DNA from: Octopus sinensis
Taxonomy: Eukaryota
Assembly (NCBI RefSeq): GCF_006345805.1
Contig: NC_043022.1
Coordinates: forward strand, 6,014,001 to 6,078,000
DNA length: 64,000 bases
Reading direction: 5' to 3'
Below, in pieces: positions 24,281 through 36,030 of the stretch. Both the position numbers and the translations under genes were made by a program. The notes under the pieces were generated by a model that saw nothing but the letters and a program-made list of their open reading frames with translations, did no database searches and was not told where the DNA came from. Each line of letters opens with the position of its first letter. Within the stretch, counting starts at the first letter, position 1.

Positions 24281-24660
24281 TCATCATCATCATCATCGTT
24301 TAACGTCCGTTCTCCATGCTAGCATGGGTTGGACGGTTCGACCGGGGATCTGGGAAGCCAGAAGGCTGCACCAGGCTCCAGTCTTATCTGGCAATGTTTC
24401 TTCAGCTGGATGCCCTTCCTAATGCCAACCACTCCGTGAGTGTAGTGGGTGCTTTTTACGTGCCACCTGCACAGGTGCCAGGAGAGGCTGGCAACGGCCA
24501 CGTTCGGATTGGTGTATTTTATGTGCCACCGGCACGGAAGCCAGTCGAGGCGGCGCTGGCATCGGCCACGAGTCGGATAGTGCTTTTTACGTACCACCAG
24601 ACCAGGGATCCTGGCTGGTTCAATTCAATTTCGATTTCGCTTGCCCCAACATGTCTTCGC
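24281..24660 (-). mobile_element. SINE/LINE-tail family S4 with (GAT)n tail
   Basis: (CAT)n-cgtttaacgtccg...ccatgctagcatgggttggacgg...gctggatgcccttcctaatgccaacc; second copy at 54101. Confidence 0.85.
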
Positions 24661-24677
24661 AATATATATCATATTAA

Positions 24678-24848
24678 CCCTTTAGCATTCAGATTATTGT
24701 CAGATATAATGTTCATTTATTTTCATTGTTTTGAATTAATCATGGATTATCTCATAGCTTTGAGATTTCAATTATGTGATTTAGTTTTAGAAAGACATTG
24801 TAGGGTAGGTGTGAGAGGTTGGATATGGCTGGTTTAAATGTTAAAGAG
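24678..24848 (+). mobile_element. piggyBac-like MITE
   Basis: TTAA|ccctttagcattcag ... aaatgttaaagag|TTAA. Confidence 0.85.
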
Positions 24849-24959
24849 TTAAGGCAAAATTTCCTTGTTGCGGGTACATTTGAAACCACAACCCTTTAAT
24901 CTCAATGCAATTTAGTAACAACAAAGATATGTTTTATGGCAACCTATATGTTTTATAGG

Positions 24960-25215
24960 TGCAGGCATGGCTGGGTGGTAAGAAGCTTGTTTCCCAACCA
25001 CATGGTGCCAGGTTCAGTCCCACTGTGTGGCACCTTGGGCAAGTGTTTTCTCCTATAGCCTCAGGCCAACCAAAGCCTTGTGAGTGGATTTGGTAGACGG
25101 AAACTGAATGAAGCCAGCTGTATATATATATATGTATATATCTATGTGTGGTGTGACTTTGTATCTGCGTTTGTCCCGTCCCCCCTCCCATCATCGCTTG
25201 ATAACCAGTATTGGT
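24960..25215 (+). mobile_element. SINE family S1, 5' part
   Basis: gcaggcatggctgggtggtaag...ggcaccttgggcaagtg...ggaaactgaatgaagcc. Confidence 0.88.
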
Positions 25216-25239
25216 AACTTATCGGTTCAGTTTAGTGAT

Positions 25240-26165
25240 TGCTTTCTACAATGTCATTGACGTCTACCAACACTGACTGACCTGACGATGGATAATGGCC
25301 GAAACATCTACTGCTATCATTTGCCTCATTTTTGTAGTTGGTCTGCAAGATTCTTGATGTAAATTTGTGCATTAAAACCAATCGTATTGTGTCTTGGAGG
25401 GGTCATTATGCCAATAATTGTAAACACATACACTGGTTCAATATCGCTTCTTTATTGTCAGTCAGTCAGTTAAACATGCAACCAACTAACTAATTGATTG
25501 TTTGTTTAATGTGTTGGTTAAACAATCAATCAATTGTTTGTTAGTCAAAGTCCTGTCTTCGCTTTCCATCACATTTTCAGAGACTTTCCCTCAGACATTT
25601 GTTAATTTTTATCGGTGTTTATTTGATCAACTAAGTCAACAATTGAATGTGTATCCTTTTAATACGAATCCACCTGAAATCACTCCTGCTTCTCTGAAGT
25701 AATTTTAAGCAAAAATTTGTTGAAACAAGGTGGTGTGTTTCAACAAAAATATGCTGATGAAAGGGGTAACTTTCGGTTTAAGCAATCTTACTATATTTGC
25801 CTTGTTATTGCCTTCAAGAAGAGGCAAAGATACCACTGGAATCCATGGACCGATGTCCAAGCTGTTTGTCTTCATCTGTTAATACTCATATCCCTGTTGT
25901 CATTGTTATATGCCCATGGGCTTACAGCATAGTGGATAAGAGTGCGGGCTAGCAACCCTTGGATTCTAAGTTCAATCTCTGGCAGGGACTTGAAAAATGA
26001 TATAAAGAGAAAAATAATGGTTAGGTTTGAAATTCCACCAGGACACCTGATGAAGGCTGGAGAATGCATCAGCCGAAACATCATGGTGACTACAAACAAG
26101 GAAGAACACATATCCATCCATTGTAAATAATGTACATAATTCCTCATCTCAAAAAAAAAAAAAGA
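25240..26165 (+). mobile_element. Penelope-like/retrozyme-like remnant bounded by two hammerhead-like cores, A-rich end
   Basis: CTGACGA-t-GG..CC-GAAACATC at 25282 and CTGATGA-a-GGCTG..CAGCC-GAAACATC at 26047; poly-A at ~26151-26163. Whether the interval is one element is inferred. Confidence 0.5.
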
Positions 26166-26854
26166 AAATATAGAATAGTATCACTGCCTGCATGGAAAGT
26201 GGACATTAGATGACAATGATGATGATGATGATGATGTTGTCAATCATTTTACTTTGAGGAAAGGAAACCTGGACTTTTTAATATACAGGGAATCTCGAGG
26301 ATAATGAATAAAATCATTGATATGTTGTAGAAGTGCTGTGAGAACTCATCCAACCCATGCTAGCATAGAGAAACAGATGTAAAATGATGATGACAACGTA
26401 AGGTGCAGACATATTTGTGTGGTTAAAAAGTTGATTTTGCAACTATGTGGTTCTGGGTTCAAGCCCAGTGTGCAGTACTTTGGACACACATCTGCTGCTG
26501 TAGTACCCCCCCCAGTTGAATTATGGGAATTGGAAACTGCAGAAGCCCATCATGTATGAAACAGCTGTAAGCCAGTGGATGTAATTAACTAACTCCTGTT
26601 CACTTGTTCATTATCAACACACACACATATGTGTATCCATTTCTGTGTGTTTACTGGTATAAAAATCTGTGCTATGTCAAAAAAAGGTAACTTAGTAATT
26701 CAATAAATGGAGATTGATAAAATAGCAGACTGAACCAAATACTGAGATCTATATAAGATCAACAAAAACCCTTGAGGACAGTATCCCAGCATGGCCACAT
26801 TTCAATAACTAAAACCAGTAAAAGAATTTTAGTAAAATGGTAATGGTTCTCTCA

Positions 26855-27082
26855 GGCGAGCTGGCAGAAACGTTAGCACGCCGGGCGAAATGCGTATCCG
26901 TATTTCGTCTGCCGTTACGTTCTGAGTTCAAATTCCGCCGAGGTCGACTTTGCCTTTCAGCCTTTCGGGGTCGATTAAATAAGTACCAGTTATGCACTGG
27001 GGTCGATATAATCGACTTAATCCGTTTGTCTGTCCTTGTTTGTCTTCTCTGTGTTTAGCCCCTTGTGGGTAGTAAAGAAATA
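26855..27082 (+). mobile_element. SINE family S2, full length with 16-bp TSD
   Basis: TSD ggtaatggttctctca at 26839-26854 and 27083-27098. Confidence 0.96.
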
Positions 27083-27236
27083 GGTAATGGTTCTCTCAAG
27101 TGAAATGAAACTTTTGACTGTTTCCATTTCAAGTTGGAAACATTTCTCTTAGTTACGATCTCTGAAAACACAAACACCACACATACAGTTCCCCTTCCAT
27201 TAAATGTCATAATTATCACTCATCATTTCACTTTCT

Positions 27237-27545
27237 GTGGAGGCACATGGCGTAGTGGTTAGAGCAGCCGACTTGTGGTCAAGGGATTGTGGATTCGAAT
27301 CTCAGACCGGGCGATGTGTGTGTTAATGAGCGAAACACCTAAACTCTACACGGCTCTGGCAGAAGATAATGGCAAACTTCTGCTGACTCTTTCGCCACAA
27401 CTTTCTCTCACTCTTTCCTCCTGCATCTAGCAGCTCACCTGAGACAGACCAGTGTCCCGTCCAGGTGGGGAACCTATATGTCAATGAAACTGGGAAACTG
27501 GCCCTTATGAGCCAGGCATGGCTCGAGAAGGAACAAGTAACAACA
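27237..27545 (+). mobile_element. SINE family S3-related (tRNA-derived head)
   Basis: gtggaggcacatggcgtagtggttagagc (A box)...ggattcgaatctcagaccggg (B box). Confidence 0.85.
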
Positions 27546-28560
27546 CATCTCTCTCTCTCTCTCGTTAATACACCACTAATTAATATATTTATGGCAAACT
27601 ACATTGTCTTAGGATCAATTCCACTGCATGGCACCTTGGACAGCTGTTATCTATCATTAAGTCAACCTGTAATTTGTGAAACTATGGGGATGGAATCTTG
27701 CTTGTAGAGTTATTCCTGTTCTTGAGGGTTAGATTTAATGATTTAATCCATCACCAAGGTCAACACCATGTCCAGGTCTTCTTGTGCTTTTAGGGGTCCT
27801 TATTCTGTTGTCAGTATTTGGGTCCGACCCACAACTTGGAGTCCTGGAAAAGGTCATGGGCACAGCATTTTCCTCTCAGATTATAACTGGTACCAGTTAT
27901 ATCAATGAGTGTTCCACTTCATCCAATCAATGGAACATCCTGCTTGTGAAATGAACTTGCAAGTGGCTGAGTACTCCACTGACAAGCATACCCTTAACGT
28001 AGTTCTCAGAATGGGAAAAGGCTGATCCCCTTTTGAATTACAGGTACAACTCATTTTTGCCAGCTGAATGGACTGGAGCAATAAAGTGGAGTTAAGTGTC
28101 TTGCTCAAGGACGCAGCATGCCAACAGAAATCCAGTTCATAACCTTACGCTCTTGGAAGAGCATCCAGCTGTAGAAACCTTGCTAAATCAGATCGGAATC
28201 TTGTGCAGCTTCCCTGCCCCCTAACTTAGCAGCTTTCAGACAACCTGTCCAACCCATGCCAGCATGAGAAACGGATGTCAAACGATGATGATCCTTACAC
28301 TCATGCACCAGAATCCCTAACCACTGAGCCATCTGCCTTCACCAACTCAGCTCTGAAAATATTTAAAATATATTTAAGGCCCTAAAACACCAAAGCTCAC
28401 TCGTTAAATGATATAAAAAAGAAATACATGAAGCTTCCGTTCTTCCAAAACTCTGCCCTATATTTTCAGCTGAACATCATTACGGTGCCCCCTTTCTGTA
28501 TAATGACTTAGCTGTCAACCTTATTGACATTATATCACCTAAGTTTGCCATTTTTTTTAG

Positions 28561-28685
28561 CTCCGGAATATTGTGAATGTTGCAGTTGTAGACACGGCTG
28601 CTATTGTGGTCTGCGAATCGATGCCAGAGAACAACTTGCGGTTTCCCTGAGACGTGTTTTTACACATATTTGTGGTTGCCTATAA
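28561..28685 (+). CDS. Candidate phase-1 exon B: xPEYCECCSCRHGCYCGLRIDAREQLAVSLRRVFTHICGCL*
   Basis: Strong acceptor cctaagtttgccattttttttAG|CT; CpG-rich, repeat-free; 40 open codons; motif shared with exons A and C. Confidence 0.45.
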
Positions 28686-29364
28686 TTATTGTGTCGGTGT
28701 GGGATGAAGGAAACTCTCTCTTAAACATCAGGGAACATGAAAAAAATAAAAAACCCAAAAAACTGTGGCTGTTCCTTTTTTTTTTTTTATGGTTACCTTA
28801 TTTTCCTTCTAATATTGATCTCTTTGAAAACGTCTGGGGTTTTTTTTTTTTTTTTTTTTTTTTTGGCTCCTTTCATTTTTCCCTTTTTTTTTTTGCTGTT
28901 CCCAATTTTCCCTGACTTGCACTTTCTCAAACTCTCATCCTACCAATCTCTCTCCCTCCTTCACTTTCTCTTTCTCTCTTTCATATTCTACCACATGTAG
29001 TACACACTCACCCTCTCATCTTTATACATTCACACACTTCCCCCCCTCTCTCTCTCTCATTCCCTCCCTCTTGCTGTCTTTCTGTTCCCATATCATTTTC
29101 TTTTATTTTTTTTACTTGCTTCAGTCATTAGACTACGGCCATGCTGGGGCACCACCTTAGAGAATCTTTTTGTTGAATGACTCAACCCCAGTACTGAACC
29201 CTTTTGGTGCCAACCTGGCTGAAACCGGCGCTGGCTCTGTAGTACAAATGTCTTATTTTCAAAAGTTCTGAATTAAAATCTTCCACCAAACCTTAGTCAC
29301 AATTTATGTTCCTAACACTACTAGCTTAATGATAACCAAGTTATTTTACTAAAGTCTTATATTT

Positions 29365-29702
29365 AAAGGCGCATGGCTCAGTGGTTAGAGCGTTGAGCTT
29401 ATGATCGTGAGGTTGTGAGCTCGAATCCTGGACCAGGCTGCGTGTTGTGTTCTTGAGCAAGGCACTTTATTTCACGTTGCTCCAGTTCACTCAGCTGTAG
29501 AAATGAGTTGCGACGTCACTGGTGCCAAGCTGTATCGACCTTTGTCTTTCCCTTGGATAACACTGGTGGCGTGGAGAGGGGAGGCTGGTATGCATGGGCG
29601 ACTGCTGGTCTTCCATAAACAACCTTGCCCAGACTTGTATCTAGGAGGGTAACTTTCTAGGTGCAATCCCATGGTCATTCATGACCGAAGGGGGTCTTTA
29701 CC
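29365..29702 (+). mobile_element. tRNA-derived SINE with CORE-like centre (ttgagcaaggcacttt), full length
   Basis: A box tggctcagtgg, B-box-like gctcgaatcc; homologous to 46547-47280. Confidence 0.9.
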
Positions 29703-30000
29703 CTTATATTTAAAATTAACTGAAAGAAACACTGAGCATCTCAACATAAATATGGTAACGAAAGGGTTAATGAGAAAATCCACTGATGAATATTGTATAA
29801 ATCCTTCAAATAATCTTTTTTTCCTTTGTTTATCTCGTTCACCGAAAGAGTTTTGTGTTGATCCAACTGATAAGCAATTTCCTTGACCCTTTTCATCAGA
29901 TGAGATTGAAATACTGAGGTTGGTGCAATTGACTAAAACCCTTGATTGTGGCCCTGCAGTATGACCACTGTCCAGTCTGTGATTATAGTAATTAGTTTGA

Positions 30001-30233
30001 AAAGGCGGCGAGCTGGCAGAAACGTTAGCGCGCCGGGCGATATGCTTAGCCGTATTTCGTCTGTCGTTACGTTCTGAGTTCAAATTCCGCCGAGGTCAAC
30101 TTTGCCTTTCATCCTTTCGGGGGTTGATAAATTAAGTACCAGTAACGCACTGGGATGATGTAATCGATTTAATCCCTTTGTCTGTCCTTGTTTGTCCCCT
30201 CTATGTTTAGCCCCTTGTGGGTAGTAAAGAAAT
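30001..30233 (+). mobile_element. SINE family S2, full length
   Basis: aaggcggcgagctggcagaaacgttagc...ccccttgtgggtagtaaagaaata; flanked by a tatagtaattag direct repeat. Confidence 0.95.
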
Positions 30234-30396
30234 ATATATAGTAATTAGCTTGTAATGTTATGGAATACCTAACCCAACTCACTTTGGTGCCATCAGTGAG
30301 ATGTTGGAGGAGGACTTACCATTAACCTATTTAGAAGCTGGAAATTCTTTACATATCATCCTTTACATACCATTAGTTTAGCCAACTGCATTAAAT

Positions 30397-31122
30397 TTAA
30401 CCATTTGCCATCTAAACCAGTCACATCTGGCCCAAATATTTCATCTGTTTTATGTTCAAATGAACAAGATCAGGCCTCTCACACCTAACTTACAATGTCA
30501 TTTCTGAAAACTAAGCAATCCCATCATTGAAAGTTTTGAAGCCATGAGATAATCCATGATTAATTCAAAACAATATGAATGAATAAGGATTACATTTGAC
30601 AGAATAATTTTTGAATGCTAAAGGGTTGAATCAGCCATACCTGGGCCCAAGTATTTTGTCTGTTTTATGTTTAAACCAGCCAGATCCTGCTTCTCACACC
30701 TACCTGACCATGTCTTTCTAAGAATAAAGCAGTCATTGAAATCTCAAAGCTGTGAGCTAATGTCTGATTAGTTCAAAACAATGGGAACAAATAAGCTTTA
30801 TATTTGAGAGGGTAATCTGAAGAATGCTAAAGGGTCAAAATAGGGACCACATGAACCAGTGAGGGAGCTGTTCTGTATATAACAGCCAAATCTCTCCCTC
30901 GACAAACTCCCTACTCTCTTTGACCCTTTAGCATGTTAACCAGCCATATCCAGACCCAGATGGCCAAATCTGACCCCTTACACATGACCTACAATGTCAT
31001 TCTAAAAATAAACAATCACTTCATTGGAATCTCAAAGCTAGGAGATAATCCATGATTTATTGAAGACAATGTGAATAGATAAGGATTAGCATTTAACAGA
31101 GTAATGTGAATGCTGAAGGCTG
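30397..31122 (-). mobile_element. Three piggyBac-like MITEs; 30628-31122 is an inverted copy of the 4375-4897 composite
   Basis: Reverse complement of 30838-30921 matches the 4580-4684 spacer, and the flanking MITEs share diagnostic variants. Confidence 0.85.
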
Positions 31123-33011
31123 GATTGTGATATTTTGGTTGCCAATATGTCTGAGAGTATTCCTGGTTCTGTCATACTAAGCTTCTGTTTCTATTGTATG
31201 TTAAGTCCATTTACTTTATGTTCCCAGAAACACTCCCATAATGGAGTGGTTATCATGGTCTTAGTAGTTGCCAAATCCCTGCTCTAGGAGTAACTTTCTC
31301 CTTTCTAGGTGACCCTATTCATTGACACATCCCTTCCCCTGTGTCTAACAAATTGATGAAAGAAAACATCTTGATTATTTTAGAAATTAATTAAAGCATG
31401 CGGGCAGAGTAATTCATTAGAAATATAATCACTGAATCGTTAATCTCCGTATCTAGATATTTAATCAGTTAATACACAACTGAAATTAACGATAAGATAG
31501 CAAAATAGGCACCAGGGTTTGAGGAATTTGCCAAGAGTAAGTCTCAGAAAATACCAGAACATCATTTCGTCAATATTTCAATACTAGTCTTCTTTTCATC
31601 ATAATAATCCTTTCCACTTACAGGCACAAGGCCTGAAATCTTGGGGGAGGAGACAGCAACCCCAGCGCCCAGCTGGCACCTATTTCACTGACCTCGAAAG
31701 GATTAAAAGCAAAGTCAACTGTGGCAGGATTTGAACTCGGAACATAAGGACAAAATGCTGCTAAGCATTTTACCCAATGTGCTAACGACTCTACCAGTTT
31801 ACTGCCTTAATAATAATAATAATAATAATATAATAATAATAATAATAGTAATCCTTTCTACTAAAGGCACAAGGCCTGATATTTTAGGGGAGGGAGAAAG
31901 TCGATCATGTCGACCCCATTACTTGACTGGTACTTAATTTATCGACTGCAAACGTATGAAAGGCAAAGTCAATTTGAACTCAGAATGTACAGAATAGTAA
32001 TATCTGGTAAAGTAAGGAGGACTACCATTTAAAACCAACATGTACGGTTATTCTTATATTTGTTTCAATCATTTGACTGTGGCCATGCTAGAGCACCGAC
32101 TTTAGTCGAACAAATCGACCCCATGATTTATTCTTTGTAAGCCTAGTACTTATTTTATTGGTTTCTTTTGCTGAACCGCTAAGTTACGAGGAGGTAAACA
32201 CACCAACATTGGTTGTCAAGCAATGGTGAGGGGACAAGCACAGACACACAAACACACACACACACACAACCCAATCTGTTTCTTAAAGGAGGGACATATT
32301 CATTATGCACAGAATGTTATTTAGGTCAATGGAGGTAATTGATTGGTTGAAATTGCCGAAATGCTCAGATTTTCAGACGAAATATCTTATAAACTATAGA
32401 ATTTTCTCAATAAAGCCAAGAGAAAAAGATGTTTTATAAACACATTCTACCAGTATACATATATATATATACAATGAGCTTCTTTCAGTTTCCGTCTACC
32501 AAATCCACTCACAAGGCTTTGTTTGGCCTGAGGCTATAGTAGAAGACATTTGTCCAAGGTGCCAAGCAGTGGGACTGAACTTGGAATCATGTGGTTGGGA
32601 AGCAAGCTTCTTACCACACGGCCACTCCTGCATCATGTTTACAGTTTTTAAAATGATTTTCTCTTAGAAATATATGTTATGAAATTTCAAAGTCTTTTGT
32701 TACTGTAGTGTAGTCCCTTTTTTATCCATTCCTCACTGGTGTGCAATAGGTTATTAGTGACAAAGCTGTAAAAGTCCAGCAAAAGGCTTTGACACGATTG
32801 CAAAGTTGGATATAATGGTACTAGCATGTTTCCAATATCCGTTGGCGCCCTCCCATGAGGAAAATACAATTGTTTCTATTTTGACATGCAGGGTCACGCT
32901 ATCAGATCGGAATCTCTTGGAATCTCTTGTCAAATAATTACAACTCTACACAAAGCTATACATGTGTGTGTTTGTGTGTGCATATGTGTGTGTATGCCTG
33001 TAAATTTATAT

Positions 33012-33074
<63 letters not shown>

Positions 33075-33245
33075 CACATAATTTATATATTGAAAAAGCA
33101 TTTATATATATAATTAAAAATAGATTTATACATATATATATATATATATATATATGTGCATACATATATATATGTATAAATAAATTTATATATTGAAAAA
33201 AGCATTTATATATAATTAAAAATAGATTTATACATATATATATAG

Positions 33246-33278
<33 letters not shown>

Positions 33279-33427
33279 CATATATATATATATATATGTA
33301 TAAATCTATTTTTAATTATATATATAAATGCTTTTTCAATATATAAATTTAATTACATATATATATATTTATTTATTTATTTACATATGTATGCAAAATT
33401 ATTCATACATACATATATATGTATGTA

Positions 33428-33472
<45 letters not shown>

Positions 33473-34725
33473 TACTTGTTCAATATTTAAATATTATATC
33501 AAAGCTATTATATATTACATGTTACAGATATATTCGCAATTTTTTCGTGTCTTATTTTTATCATCACATGTATGTATTTTTTTTGTTTGTTTGTTTGTTC
33601 TGTTTGACCTTGCTTTTGCAGTTTTTCCCCATTCCATAATTGATTCTAGACAGACCTAGTGAGGAGGAGGAGGAGGAGGAAGATCCCTTCAGCAGACTCC
33701 CAGGATTTTTAACAAAGAATACTTACAACAACTACTTCCCCCCTCCCTCCCTCATTCTCCTTTGTCACTGTTGTTGTTGTTGTTGTTGTTTAGTGTCAGT
33801 CAGTCCCTCTTAGCAGAGGGCTTTTAACTTTCCCTCTCCCTCTCTCTTTCTCTTTCCCTTTTTTTCTGTCCCCCAATCATTCCCTTACCTCCCGCTATCT
33901 CTCTCTTGCTCTCCCTCCCCCTTTCCGTTTTTTTTCCTGTATTAATCTTGCCCTCCCTCCCTCTCTCCTCTCTCTCTCTCTCTCAGCCCTTCCTCATCCT
34001 TTGTCCCACCCCTCCCCTTGCTTTCCCTATAAATCAACCTACCTTTACTAGGTCAATCTTGCTGTAAGGAAATGGTTATAACTGATGAAAGAACTCTTAT
34101 ATTAGAGTAGGGAGTCACAGACTTTGTTGCCATGGTTACTCGCCTGCAATTGCATTATATTGTGTTGTCTGTATTTTTTTTTTCTTTGCATTTTTGTTTC
34201 TTTTTTTTTACTCTAATTTTTCACCTCTCCCCCCCCCCGTCTAGCACCCCACCCACATCTTATTTGTACCCTTTCAACACTTATTGCAGGTATTTTACAC
34301 CCCATATCTTTCTTGTCTTCCTATTGTCTTCGCTGACAATATAAAAGAGATGAGTATCTTACGTATGCGTGCGTGTGCACACGTGTGTATGTGTGCGCAT
34401 TTGTGTGGGTGTAAGACTTATGATGTCTCGCTCCCCCCCCCCACTGTCAAACCTTAATGTAATGGTTATGCAATTTACGTAATTCATCTCTCTCGCTCTC
34501 CTCATCTCACACAACGATACAATTAAATTAAAATCCGTTTCCTCCATCCTTTCATATTCCCCATTTGGAAGCGGGTGACAATAAAAAGCCAAATTATATT
34601 TTGAAATCCAAAAAGAGTTTGTAAGACGTTTGTTAGTTTGGTTACGGTGTAGAATCAATATTTATTCTCCATCAGAACCAAACTTACTAAAATCACCTAC
34701 AGACTTCTCTTTGCATTTTATTACC

Positions 34726-35140
34726 TATTTCTTTATTACCCACAAGGGGCTAAACATAGAGGAGACAAACATGGACAGACATAGGTATTAAGTCAATTAT
34801 ATCGACCCCCAGTGCTTAACTGGTACTTAATTTATCGACCCCGAAAGGATGAAAGGCAAAGTCGACCTCGGCAGAATTTGAACTCAGAACGTAAAGACAT
34901 ACGAAATACCTATTTCTTTACTACCCACAAGGGGCTAAACATAGAGGGGACAAACATGGACAGACATAGGTATTAAGTCGATTATATCGACCCCAGTGCT
35001 TAACTGGTACTTAATTTATCGACCCCGAAAGGATGAAAGGCAAAGTCGACCTCGGCGGAATTTGAACTCACAACGTAACGGCAGCTGAAATACCGCTAAG
35101 CATTTCGCCCGACGTGCTAACGATTCTGCTAGGTCGCCGC
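34726..35140 (-). mobile_element. SINE family S2 dimer (full + truncated copy) inside one 17-bp TSD
   Basis: TSD ctttgcattttattacc at 34709-34725 and 35141-35157; internal junction gaaatacctatttcttt at ~34905. Confidence 0.93.
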
Positions 35141-35389
35141 CTTTGCATTTTATTACCATGGTTACTGCTAAGTTCCTTAGATTCAGATTTTGTTAAGGTT
35201 ATTTCTACACATATCCGACAGAAACTATAGAACTATAGAATGTGCCACTGACTTATAAAATCATTTAGTGTACTTCAAAGTATATCAAGCTTACATAATG
35301 AAGTACACATACCAAACCATTTATCTGTACTCGTTATCTTTGTCTTCTGTGGCCTTGCCCCCCCCCCCACTAAAGCTCCGGCCATTAGC

Positions 35390-35745
35390 ATCTCTCTGTT
35401 CTCCTGTCCAGTGCCATGGTCTCTAGTTCTTACCAGGTAAGCTTTATCTCTGTGATAATCCCCTGAATGACCCTACACCAGGAAACTTAGGACCAGCTTC
35501 TATATTTTCGTTGAGGGTTCTGTAAAGGGGCCTGTCTATTAATGTTTCTTATTGATCTGCATCGTGGCCTGCCCAAACCATTGTCCACTTCATTCTCTCC
35601 CTCTCGTGTCCAGCTGGTGGTTGACAAATTCTCACCCAAACATCCATGTTGCTGACAGAATTGTAATTCAGAAGACTTCACCAAAATCTTTATTTTTCAC
35701 TTGTTTCATGCAAGAATTTCTATTCCCTCAAATCAACTCCAGTCC
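35390..35745 (-). mobile_element. Decayed RTE LINE 3' end
   Basis: Minus-strand frames give QWFGQA / RNINRQAPLQNPQRK / KLTW*ELETMALDRR, resembling RTE QWIGH..NITRQAL.WNPQGKR..TW.ELE..A.DR. Confidence 0.75.
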
Positions 35746-35754
35746 TTATTTTCT

Positions 35755-36030
35755 TTTGAACCCTGATATTTATTCTATTGGTCTCTTTTGCCAAACCACT
35801 AAGTTACAGGGACTTAAAAACACCAACACTGGTTGTCAAACAGTGGTGGGAGACAAAGACACACACACACTCACATATGTACATGTGTGTGTACATCAGG
35901 CTTCTTTCAGTTTCCCTCTACCAAATCTACCCACAAGAATTTGGTCGGCCTGAGGCTATAGAAGACACTTTCCCAAGGTGCCATGCAGTGGAACTGAACC
36001 TGAAACCATGTGGCTAGGAAGCATGCTTCT
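35755..36030 (-). mobile_element. SINE family S1, partial
   Basis: tattctattggtctcttttgccaaacc...gtgccatgcagtggaactgaacc. Confidence 0.88.

Noticed and set aside
29365-29440. tRNA gene (also 27237, 46547, 47160-47236)
   Set aside because: A/B boxes are present but continue directly into SINE bodies and no full cloverleaf is evident; these are SINE heads.
29849-29960. Acceptor-like site giving SFVLIQLISNFLDPFHQMRLKY*
   Set aside because: Weak AAG/GAG acceptor, early stop, no supporting motif.
35420-35444. Perfect-looking 25-nt exon (tcctgtccAG|...CAG|GTAAGC)
   Set aside because: Lies wholly within an antisense RTE remnant; signals are explained by the TE sequence, though exonisation is not excluded.
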